DNA of 64,000 nucleotides from an uncultured Clostridia bacterium (GTDB lineage Bacteria > Bacillota > Clostridia > TANB77 > CAG-508), in contig CANPZF010000001.1 in NCBI GenBank assembly GCA_947589015.1, forward strand, positions 53,604 through 117,603, written 5' to 3'. Positions 28,662 through 38,247 of this stretch are shown here, piece after piece. Position numbers and translations under genes: made by a program. The notes below the pieces were generated by a model. The model worked only from the letters and a program-made list of their open reading frames with translations. It was not told the origin of the DNA and searched no databases. Numbering within the stretch: the first letter of the stretch is position 1; every line of letters starts with the position of its first letter.

Positions 28662-30062
28662 TTAAAGTCTATTATATAACATTTCCATATAAGAATATAC
28701 TTTAGTGTGCCAATCTTTGTCACTAGCATATCTTGTATTTACTCCTTCTAAGGTTGGACCATTGTAATACCAACTACTTGCTGTTTCTCCGTCATATATT
28801 TTTGTTCCAGATGGATTTAAGTAATATTTAACTAGAGATTTAGCAACAGTTTCAATTCCTTCTGAATAATCATCAAATACAAAAGATGACTCATAAGGTG
28901 TGCTATCATAAGAACCATAACCAAATAAGTTTTTCTTATCTTGAGCTATTTGTGATGTTCCCCAAGCACTTTCATGTATAGCCATAGAAGCTAAAAATAT
29001 ACCATTTATGTTATACTTTTTATCTATATTGTAAAATACTTCGGCATTGTTTTCAAAAATATGGTTAGTATCATTAGATAAACCAGTAAATATTTTCTTA
29101 TAATCATTTAAAGTTAAACCACTAGATTTATTTAAAGCCATATTCATGTTAACTTGTAATTTGATTTTTTGAATTCTGTTTTTTTCTGTTATATTAGGTG
29201 TTAAAAATCCAGAAGTTAAATCAGAAGTATGTAAATATCCTTCTATGGAGTCAAAAGAAACTTTGCACCAATCTTCATTAGGAAGTTCTAATAATTTAAC
29301 GTCTAAATATTGCTTTATTTCAGCTTTTTCAGTAGAGCTAGAGTCAGAATTTTCATATAAAGTAGAATCTTTATTTAAATAAATTTGATCTCCTAAATGA
29401 ACTTTTAATTTAGCTAAAAAGTCAGATGTTCCTAATTCTATAAGCTTTGGAACAGCTTCTAAAGTTGTTTCTTTGTTTAATATAATTTCTTCAATAAATT
29501 CACCGTTTTCATAAGTTTTTACTAAAGAAACATTTTCTTTACCATTTGAACCTTCTTGTGTAACAATTTCTTCGCCTTTTGGAAGTGAAGCATTAGGTGT
29601 AGTTGTTGTCTCGAATTGAATTTCTCTTTCTTCTACAACTTGTTCTTTTACTTTCTCAAAATTAGAATTTTCAGAAATAATTTTTTGCATATTTAATGCT
29701 TTTCTATTAATTTCAAAATTTGTAACAGTTAAATCTGTATATTCTTCTTCTTTAGCATAACTTTCTTGTACAGATGAATTTTTAGGGAAAATAGCAATAA
29801 CTGCAAGAATAACTACTGTACACCCTATTAATAAGTTTGATAGTTTAATTCCTTTTGAACTAGTATTTTCATCGAAATTATCATCTTGAACAATTGAGAA
29901 TGATGGCTGAATAACTTTAGCAGCTTTTTTGGCCTTTTTTACTTTTTTATTTGACATGGAATATTCAAGGGCTTGTTCATGTTGGATTTGTTTTAACTCA
30001 TTGAATACGTCTGACAAATTTCTGCTATCATTATCATTTAACATGGTAATCCTCACTTTCAC
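28662..30062 (-). CDS. G5 / SH3-like / GH73 glucosaminidase peptidoglycan hydrolase
   Basis: TM; G5-like QEGSNGKE..KTYENGE; SMAIHESAWG, NLFGY, RYASDKDW. Confidence 0.82.
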   Translation of the reverse strand: MKVRITMLNDNDSRNLSDVFNELKQIQHEQALEYSMSNKKVKKAKKAAKVIQPSFSIVQDDNFDENTSSKGIKLSNLLIGCTVVILAVIAIFPKNSSVQESYAKEEEYTDLTVTNFEINRKALNMQKIISENSNFEKVKEQVVEEREIQFETTTTPNASLPKGEEIVTQEGSNGKENVSLVKTYENGEFIEEIILNKETTLEAVPKLIELGTSDFLAKLKVHLGDQIYLNKDSTLYENSDSSSTEKAEIKQYLDVKLLELPNEDWCKVSFDSIEGYLHTSDLTSGFLTPNITEKNRIQKIKLQVNMNMALNKSSGLTLNDYKKIFTGLSNDTNHIFENNAEVFYNIDKKYNINGIFLASMAIHESAWGTSQIAQDKKNLFGYGSYDSTPYESSFVFDDYSEGIETVAKSLVKYYLNPSGTKIYDGETASSWYYNGPTLEGVNTRYASDKDWHTKVYSYMEMLYNRL

Positions 30063-30162
30063 ATAATAAATTTATACACCATTATTATACAATAATAGAC
30101 GGCATATGTCCAGAATTTTTGCAAAAAAGATATGTAGAAAAAATTGGGTGTAACCTAATAGT

Positions 30163-30319
30163 GTTTACAAGATGATTAAAAATATAGCTTGTGAAAATGC
30201 TTATATATTAATATATTTTGTCAAAACATATCTGGGGTGTAACAATCCGGGTCTTGACTGCAAATATTAATATATAAGCATTTTCACATATTCTAAGTTT
30301 GTAACAATTATCATGTAAC
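30163..30319 (+). mobile_element. MITE family A, copy 2
   Basis: 8-bp direct repeat CTAATAGT (30155-30162 / 30320-30327); asymmetric arms. Confidence 0.8.
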
Positions 30320-30398
30320 CTAATAGTAACAAAAAAATAAAAATAACTTGCAAATTTTAATAAATAGTATATAATAGAAAGGAATAAAGGAGGAAACT

Positions 30399-31073
30399 AT
30401 GAATTTAAAAGAACTAGAAGAAAACATAGGTTATAAATTTCAAAACAAAGCATTATTAGAAAAAGCATTAACACACACATCATATGCATATGAAAATCAT
30501 GTAGAAAGTAATGAAAAACTAGAATTTTTAGGAGATAGTATTTTAGAATTTATATCAAGTAAATATTTATATAATAATTATACTAAATTAAAAGAAGGAG
30601 AAATGACTAAAGTTAGAGCAAGCGTAGTTTGTGAAGAAAGTTTATATAAGATAGCCAAAAAGCATAATTTTAGTGATTTCTTATTTCTAGGAAAATCAGA
30701 AAAACTATCAGGAGGAAAATATAGAGAAGCTATTTTAGCAGATAGTGTAGAGGCAGTAATTGCTGCAATGTACTTAGATGGAGGAATTGATCCAGTAGAG
30801 AAATTTATAATAGATAATTTAAAAGAAAAAATAGAATATGCAACAAAGCATGTAGGAATAAAGGATTACAAAACAGTTTTACAAGAAAAGTTACAAGTAA
30901 ATGGGGATGTAAAAATAGAATATGAAATTATAAAAGAAGCAGGTCCAGACCATGACAAAAGATTTGAATCACAAGTGAAATGTAATGGAAATGTATTAGC
31001 AAAAGGAGAGGGGAAAAGTAAAAAAGAAGCTGAAATGCATGCAGCCAAAAAGGCATTAGAAAATCTAAAATAG
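30399..31073 (+). CDS. rnc: Ribonuclease III
   Basis: NEKLEFLGD, LADSVEAVIAAMYLD, dsRBD DYKTVLQE. Confidence 0.97.
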   Translation: MNLKELEENIGYKFQNKALLEKALTHTSYAYENHVESNEKLEFLGDSILEFISSKYLYNNYTKLKEGEMTKVRASVVCEESLYKIAKKHNFSDFLFLGKSEKLSGGKYREAILADSVEAVIAAMYLDGGIDPVEKFIIDNLKEKIEYATKHVGIKDYKTVLQEKLQVNGDVKIEYEIIKEAGPDHDKRFESQVKCNGNVLAKGEGKSKKEAEMHAAKKALENLK

Positions 31074-31088
31074 AAAAGAGGTAATTCT

Positions 31089-32165
31089 ATGAAAAAACAA
31101 TATATTATACCCATATTTGTTCCACATCTAGGATGTCCTAATGACTGTATATTTTGCAATCAAAAATCTATAAGTGGGCAAAAAAAACAAATGACAAAAG
31201 AAGAAGCAAAAAAAATAATAGATGATTACCTAACAAATACAAAACCAGAAGCAAAACAAACAGAAATAGCTTTTTTTGGAGGAAGTTTTACTGCAATTGA
31301 TGAAAAACTTCAAGAAGAATTATTACAAGTAGCATATGAATATATAAAAGAAAATAAAGTATCTAGTATAAGAATTTCTACAAGACCTGATTGTATAGAC
31401 AAAAAAACATTGAAAAGGTTAAAAAAGTATAAAGTAAAAACAATAGAATTAGGAGTACAGTCTGCTAATGATTACATATTAAAAAGAAGTAATAGAGGAC
31501 ACAACTTTGAAGATGTAAAAAAAGCATCAAAATTAATAAGAAGATATGGCTTTATATTAGGACATCAAATGATGATAGGGTTACCAGAAAGCACAAAAGA
31601 AGATGAAATAAATACAGCCAAACAACTAATAAAATTAAAACCCAAAATAGTAAGAATATATCCTGTATTAGTTATAAAAGGAACTAAATTAGAACAAGAA
31701 TATAAAGAAGGAATATATAAACCATTACCATTAGTAAAGGCAATAGAAATTTGTGGACAATTAGTTAGAATGTTTGCAGATAAGAAGATAGAAGTAATAA
31801 GAGTAGGACTTCAAAGTACAGAAGAAATATCAGACCCTAAAAATAAAGAAAGCGAAGTAGTAGCGGGACCATATCACCCAGCACTTAGACAATTGGTTGA
31901 ATCATCAATGTGGCATGAAGCAATTTTAGAGAAGATAAAAAAATTAAATGTAAAAGTACAAGAAGTTGAAGTTACAGTTAATCCAATGGATGTTAATAAT
32001 GTTATTGGACATAAAAAAGAAAATATTAAAAATTTGAAAGAATATTATGATGTAGATTTAATAGTAAAATCAGATGAAAAAGTAAAACAGGGAAAATCTA
32101 AAATTGAAATTACAAAATTATATAAGGATTTTTTAGAAGAAAAAGAAACAATAAAAAGTAAATAA
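31089..32165 (+). CDS. Radical SAM protein (Elp3/YhcC-like) downstream of rnc
   Basis: HLGCPNDCIFCNQ, STRPD, ELGVQS. Confidence 0.85.
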   Translation: MKKQYIIPIFVPHLGCPNDCIFCNQKSISGQKKQMTKEEAKKIIDDYLTNTKPEAKQTEIAFFGGSFTAIDEKLQEELLQVAYEYIKENKVSSIRISTRPDCIDKKTLKRLKKYKVKTIELGVQSANDYILKRSNRGHNFEDVKKASKLIRRYGFILGHQMMIGLPESTKEDEINTAKQLIKLKPKIVRIYPVLVIKGTKLEQEYKEGIYKPLPLVKAIEICGQLVRMFADKKIEVIRVGLQSTEEISDPKNKESEVVAGPYHPALRQLVESSMWHEAILEKIKKLNVKVQEVEVTVNPMDVNNVIGHKKENIKNLKEYYDVDLIVKSDEKVKQGKSKIEITKLYKDFLEEKETIKSK

Positions 32166-32213
32166 TTGTATAAAATCACCTATAATACAAATAATTGTAA
32201 TATAGGTGATTTT

Positions 32214-33074
32214 ATGTTTGTAAAAGAAAAATATAATATAAGAAAAATAATAGTAGAAATTATTGGAACAGTTGTAGGTGCTTTTGTTATGGCATTTGGA
32301 ATATCATTATTTTTACTACCTAATAAATTATCATCTGGTGGACTATCAGGTGTAGCAACCATAGTATATTATTTGTTAAACATTCCAATGGGAACAACAA
32401 TTCTAATTTGTAATATACCATTATTTGTAATAGCAGTTTATAAATTGGGGAAAACTTTTTTTGTAAAAAGTTTGGTAGGAACCATATGTTTATCTGTTTT
32501 TATTGATTTGTTAGATAAGCTACCAGCTTTAACTGAAGATAGATTTTTGGCTTGCATATATGGTGGAATAATTATTGGTATAGGAACTGCAATTATATTA
32601 AAAGTAGATTCTTCAACAGGTGGAACAGATTTAATAAGCTATATAGCAAGAGAATATAGACCTACAATGAGAATGAGCAATGTAATTATAATGATAGATA
32701 TAGTAATAGTAACTTTAAATATTATATGTTTTAGAATAATAGAAATAGGATTATACTCTGCTATAGCTATATACTTAATGGGGAAAATTATTGATATTTT
32801 ATTTGAAGGAATATATTTTACGAAATTAATCTTGATAGTGTCAGATAAAAATCAAGAAATAGCAAAAGAAATAGGTGATAAGGTTCGAAGAGGTACAACA
32901 GGATTGTATGGAAAAGGAATGTATACACAAAATGAAAAATTAGTATTGATGTGTGCAGCCTCTAGAGGAGATATTGGAAAAGTAAAATTGGTTGCTAGAA
33001 ATATTGATCCTAAATGTTTTATTATAATTACTAATTCAAGAGAAGTTGTGGGAATGGGATTTAAAAAGACTTAA
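32214..33074 (+). CDS. YitT-family membrane protein (DUF161/DUF2179)
   Basis: LSSGGLSG, STGGTD, RGTT..GKGMYT; ATG 32214 preferred over TTG 32166. Confidence 0.88.
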   Translation: MFVKEKYNIRKIIVEIIGTVVGAFVMAFGISLFLLPNKLSSGGLSGVATIVYYLLNIPMGTTILICNIPLFVIAVYKLGKTFFVKSLVGTICLSVFIDLLDKLPALTEDRFLACIYGGIIIGIGTAIILKVDSSTGGTDLISYIAREYRPTMRMSNVIIMIDIVIVTLNIICFRIIEIGLYSAIAIYLMGKIIDILFEGIYFTKLILIVSDKNQEIAKEIGDKVRRGTTGLYGKGMYTQNEKLVLMCAASRGDIGKVKLVARNIDPKCFIIITNSREVVGMGFKKT

Positions 33075-33441
33075 TGAGGATTTATTGTTAAACAAAAATG
33101 TTAATGCTTATTTTTAATGTGCTAGGGATGTACGTATTACAGTGCTTAAAAAAATATTAAAATATCAACTTTTTACTTTTAAATATTACAGAAATGTTAC
33201 AAAAATATAACAAAAAAGGAAAAAAGAAGAAAAAGCTTGAAAAAGAAATATGCTTAAAGTATAATATAAATATAAATTATAAGCTATTTTTTATAAAAAA
33301 GAAAGAACCTTGAGAAGGGAGAATTCTTATAAAAAAAGAAAAAAAGCAAGTAAAAAACTATTCAGGGAATAAAAAGATAAAAAATGGAAATAATTTAAAT
33401 AGTAAGAAATAGCGAAAAGACAAAAGAAGGGAGAAAAAGAA

Positions 33442-34719
33442 ATGGGAGAAAGGAAAGAAATGCAAAAGAAAAGAGGAAAGGAAAATATGGGAATAACGCT
33501 GATAGCCTTAGTTATCACGATAATAGTGTTACTAATTTTAGCAGCAGTAAGTATAGCAACATTAACAGGAGAAAATGGAATATTAAATCAAGCGTCAAGA
33601 GCAGCAGATAATACAAAAAATGCAACAGAGAAGGAGCAAGTACAATTAGCATATGATGCGCAAATGTCAAAAAATATGGAGAATGGAAAATACACAGTAG
33701 GCACAGATGAAGATGACATAAAAGGATTGCAAGAAGAATTAGATAATTTGGATACAGGAGCAACAGCAAATGGAAATGGAGAAAAAATAGAAGTAGTATT
33801 TCCAAACGAAAATAAGTATAGAATACAAGGAGGAAAAGTAAAAGGACCAATAAAGCAAGCAAAAGTAGGAGAAAAGGTAGAAGGAGAAAATAAAGAATAT
33901 ACAAACGAAGGAACGGCAGTAATCCCAGTAGGATTTGCAATAGTGCCAAATTTAGATAATGTGTCAGAAGGATTGGTAATATCAGATGTAGCGAACGATA
34001 AGAATGATGAAGGAAATCAATTTGTGTGGGTGCCGGTAGAAGATTTTAGTGAGTTTGTAAGATATGATTTTCAGAATGATAAAGCTCTTAATGATAATTT
34101 TACAGAGCCAACACCTGATAATATCGATAAAACTATAACAGGAGAAGAAACAATAGACGAAGTAAAAAAAATGTATGCAAGTGTAAAAGAAAATGGAGGA
34201 TTTTATATAGGAAGATATGAGGCAGGAAAGGACGATGAGAATAAATCAGTATGTAAAAAAAGAAAAACAGTGTGTATTAATATAAAATGGGGAAACAGTA
34301 TGACAGACGAAACAGGAGGAGCAGTAGAGGAAGCAAGAAATTTTGTAGAAGAAACGTATACGGATAAAGTAGGAGTAACAAGTACATTAGTATATGGAGT
34401 ACAATGGGATGCAGTAATGAGATGGATAAGTAATGACGAAAGTTTAAAGGAGTGTTTAAAAGATAGTAAAGGAAAAGGAGTCTATGATACAAATAAACTA
34501 GTCAACACAGGAAGTAATTATCAAATGAAAAATATATATGATATGGCAGGAAATGTGAATGAATGGACAATGGAATCCTATTTGGCTGAAGTACGCGTTG
34601 TGAGAGGAGGCGCTTACTATCGCTCTGCCGACAAGAATCCAGTTTCTAGCCGTGATTGGCTCAGCCCGGGCTCTGGCAGCGAAAGTGTTGGATTTCGCCT
34701 AGCGTTGTACGTTAGGTAA
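33442..34719 (+). CDS. Pilin-like N-terminus plus C-terminal CLec (FGE-sulfatase-like) domain; probable DGR target
   Basis: G|ITLIALVITIIVLLILA; NIYDMAGNVNEWT..VVRGG....R.......VGFR; GC-rich last ~140 nt. Confidence 0.82.
   Translation: MGERKEMQKKRGKENMGITLIALVITIIVLLILAAVSIATLTGENGILNQASRAADNTKNATEKEQVQLAYDAQMSKNMENGKYTVGTDEDDIKGLQEELDNLDTGATANGNGEKIEVVFPNENKYRIQGGKVKGPIKQAKVGEKVEGENKEYTNEGTAVIPVGFAIVPNLDNVSEGLVISDVANDKNDEGNQFVWVPVEDFSEFVRYDFQNDKALNDNFTEPTPDNIDKTITGEETIDEVKKMYASVKENGGFYIGRYEAGKDDENKSVCKKRKTVCINIKWGNSMTDETGGAVEEARNFVEETYTDKVGVTSTLVYGVQWDAVMRWISNDESLKECLKDSKGKGVYDTNKLVNTGSNYQMKNIYDMAGNVNEWTMESYLAEVRVVRGGAYYRSADKNPVSSRDWLSPGSGSESVGFRLALYVR
34579..34719 (+). other. Putative DGR variable region (VR)
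   Basis: Abrupt rise to roughly 50% GC; codons such as GCT, CGC, GCC, GAC, AGC, CTC, GGC fit mutated AAY positions. Confidence 0.65.
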
Positions 34720-34764
34720 AATTTTGAAAGAGTTCGAACGAAGTGAGAACTCTTTCAAAATTTT
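34718..34764 (+). terminator. 18-bp-stem hairpin abutting the stop codon (terminator and/or DGR target hairpin)
   Basis: aaaattttgaaagagttc / gaactctttcaaaatttt. Confidence 0.7.
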
Positions 34765-35112
34765 ATAGCCAAAATGGAACATTTTGGTGATTTAAGCTAA
34801 TACCATATAGTAGGTGGAAGTGTCCTACCTGGTAAAGTCTAACTAACAGCCAGTATCTAGTCTTGGTTTTGAAGCAGTAATGCCAAAAGTAAGTGTAGAC
34901 AAGATAACAAACGAGCCGCAATGCGAAAGCGTGAAACTGTAGAGTTCCGAAATTATGATAATATGCTAAAATAATGTAATTTATTTAAGTGAAATATAAG
35001 TGAATTTTTTTATTAATATACAAAAAATTATCTAAATATAGTATAATATATTTGGATAATTTTTATTTTTATATAAAAAAACAAAAGGCTACTATAAAAG
35101 GAGAAAAAGACC

Positions 35113-35982
35113 ATGCAAGAACAAAAAATAGTATTAGAAAAAGTAGATTCATTTGAACCCAAAGACATATTTGACTGTGGGCAATGCTTTAGGTGGAATG
35201 AACAAGAAGAGGGAAGCTATGAAGGAATATTCAAAGGAAATGTTGCGAAAGTAAAAAAAGAAGGAAAAGATATTATAATAGAAGGAATATTCAAAGAAGA
35301 TATCAAGAAAAGTGTAGAAGAATATTTTGATTTAAACAGAGACTACAAACAGATAAAGCGACAACTAGGAAAAATAGATAACAACATGAAAACAAGTGTA
35401 GAATATGGGGCAGGAATAAGAATATTAAATCAAGATTTATGGGAAACAATAATTTCCTTTATTATTTCAGCAAATAACAATATACCAAGAATAAAAGGAA
35501 TAATAGAAAGATTATCAAAAAAATATGGAAACAAAATAACATGGAATAATAAAGAATATTATACTTTTCCAACAGCAGAACAACTAAAAAATGTCACAAT
35601 ACAAGAATATAGAGAATTAGGATTAGGATTTAGAGATAAAAGACTATATGAAACAACTCAAATGATTTTGAATAAAAAAGTAAATTTAAATGAAATGTAT
35701 AAAAATCCAAATACAATGGAAGTAAGAGAACAACTACTTGAACTATCTGGAGTAGGACCAAAGGTAGCAGATTGTATATTGCTATTTTCAGATTTAAAAA
35801 GATTGGAAGTATTTCCAATTGATGTTTGGGTCAGAAGAGTAATAAATGATTTATATATAAAAGAGCCAAATGAAAATAAGGTAAGTAAAGCAAAAATTGA
35901 AAAACTGGCAAAAGAAAAATTTGGAGATATTGCAGGTTTAGCACAACAATATTTATTTTATTGGAGAAGAGAACAAGCATAA
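35113..35982 (+). CDS. ogg: 8-oxoguanine DNA glycosylase
   Basis: FDCGQCFRW, GIRILNQD, SANNNIPRI, GVGPKVADC, FPIDVW, AQQYLF. Confidence 0.9.
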   Translation: MQEQKIVLEKVDSFEPKDIFDCGQCFRWNEQEEGSYEGIFKGNVAKVKKEGKDIIIEGIFKEDIKKSVEEYFDLNRDYKQIKRQLGKIDNNMKTSVEYGAGIRILNQDLWETIISFIISANNNIPRIKGIIERLSKKYGNKITWNNKEYYTFPTAEQLKNVTIQEYRELGLGFRDKRLYETTQMILNKKVNLNEMYKNPNTMEVREQLLELSGVGPKVADCILLFSDLKRLEVFPIDVWVRRVINDLYIKEPNENKVSKAKIEKLAKEKFGDIAGLAQQYLFYWRREQA

Positions 35983-36042
35983 GCCTAAAATATTTAATAG
36001 AAGAATACATATAAAGTGGATGAATAAAGGGGAAAACAGGAG

Positions 36043-38185
36043 ATGAAAATAAAATTTAAAGCAATAATATTATTAGTTTTTACTATGTGTATTATGCTAG
36101 GATTAAACACCAAAACACAGGCAAAAAGCTATACCATAGAAGATATGGATATACAAGCAACTATTCAAAACAATGGAGATGTATATGTTAAGCAAAATAT
36201 AACATATGATTTTAAAGGAAGTTATAATGGAATATACATAACAATACCATATGTTTTAAATGATACAGAATATAAAAAAGCTGTACAAAATAATATAATT
36301 GACGAAGAATTATATTATGGAACAGGAGTAGAAGTGCAAAGTGTTTTTATGACACAAAATGGTATAAAAATACAATACAGCGAAAGAAATCAATTTGATA
36401 TGACAACTAGCCAAAATAAAAGTTATACAATAACAGAAGAAAGCAACTTAAAAAAAATAAAAGTATATTCACCTTCAACAGATACAACAAAAAGCTTTGA
36501 AATAAATTATATCATTAAAAATTTATGTGTAAAACACAATGATGTAGGAGAACTATATTATAATTTCATTGGTGGAGAATGGGATGTAGGAATAAAAAAA
36601 TTAAACATAGATATATATTTAAATCAAAACAAAGAAGAAATTAAAATTTGGGGACATGGACCATATAATGGAATCTCAGAAATTATAAGTCCAAATCATG
36701 CAAACTTTAAAGTAGAAGATATAAAAAAAGGGCAATATGTAGCTACAAGAATAATGTTTAATAAAGATAATATTATAAATTCGACTAAAACATCAGGCAT
36801 AAATGCAGAACAAATTATATTAGCTGATGAAAACGAAATATATGAAAATAGAGAAGAAAAAAATAAATATACAAACAAAATGGCAATATTTGCAGGATGT
36901 TTATTCATTTACTGGGTAATATTAATGCTAATTTTTGAAAAGGACAAGAAATATTTTGTAAGTGATATAGATGAAGATGAATTATTTAGAAAATATAATC
37001 CTATATTAGCAGGGTGTATACAAGGAAGTAGAAATATATTAGCAAGAGACATTATAGCAGTTATTTTAAATTTAATTCAGAAAAAATGCATTAATTTAGA
37101 AATAATACCATCATTAAATAATAAAGAAGATTATAGATATGAAATTTCAAAAAATACAGAGTTAGAATCAAATATGGATTCAATAGAAAAGTATGTATAT
37201 GATTGGGTATTTGAAAAACAAGGTAAATTAGATTTAAAAAATAGACTAGAAGAAATGCCTAAAGAAACACAAGCAAATCAAAAATTTAAAGACTTGAACA
37301 ATATAGTAGAAAATAATCTATCTAAAATAGGAGCAAACAAAGCTAGTGTTCCAATGGTACTAAGAGGATTTAACATATTTTTATTTATACTATCAATAGT
37401 ACTAATAATTAAACATATATCTTTTAATGGATTTGATATATATAATTCAGAAATTTCAAATATTATAATAAAAAATATCATTGAAATGATAATAATTTTA
37501 TTGCCATTAATTATGGGAATACTTATGATACCTATCAACTTAATAATAATGCTTAGACATAAAATGAACAAAACTATACAAAGGATTACAGGACAAAAAG
37601 TAGTAACAACAACAATGAGTATAATTTTAATATTTGCAATAATTATAATAGCAACAGTTTTTATAACAAAAGCAAGATATTTAATAGTAGATGAAATATT
37701 AATATGCATAGGAACTATATTAATATTAACAGATAATTTAATGTTAAAAAATAGTGTTACAATGATAGAAGATTATAGCAAATTAAATAGTTTAAAAACA
37801 AAGATAGAAGAATACAGCTTAATGGAAGATAGAGATATAGAATATATTACACTTTGGGAAAAATACTTAGCATATGCTGTAAGCTTTGGAATAGCAAATA
37901 AAATAGTAAAAAGAATAAAAGGATTACATTTAGATGATGATTTAGAAAAAATAGTTAACAGTGCAAATATTAGCAATTTTATCACATCAGACTATTATTA
38001 TTTCTATACATATGCAAGTTTAGATAGAAGATTTGCAAAATCATATTGGAAAGCAACAAAAGGAATCACAAAAACATATATATCTGCCGCAGGTTCTTCA
38101 AGAAGCGGAGGTGGCGGAGGCTTCTCTGGTGGAGGTGGATACTCTGGCGGAGGTGGCAGAGGAGGAGGCGGACGGAGCCTTCTAA
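36043..38185 (+). CDS. DUF2207-family membrane protein, ~713 aa ending GGGGGAF if the C at 38173 is skipped
   Basis: ELYYNFIGGEW, WGHGP, WEKYLAYAVSFG, Gly-rich tail; +1 at CGG gives GGA GCC TTC TAA, zero frame adds 20 atypical residues to 38238. Confidence 0.85.
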
Positions 38186-38247
38186 ATTGTAATTCCAAAA
38201 TATCAAGAAAGGATTTAGTTAGAGTAGAACTAACATAAACAAAGAAA

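Noticed and set aside
33190-33500. Purine-rich low-complexity tract upstream of the pilin-like gene as a repeat element
   Set aside because: No defined unit or periodicity; looks like an A/G-rich promoter and leader region.
34905-34950. Group II intron domain V (GAGCCGC...GAAA...)
   Set aside because: Stem pairing does not complete a DV helix; no domain VI, intron 5' end or RT nearby.
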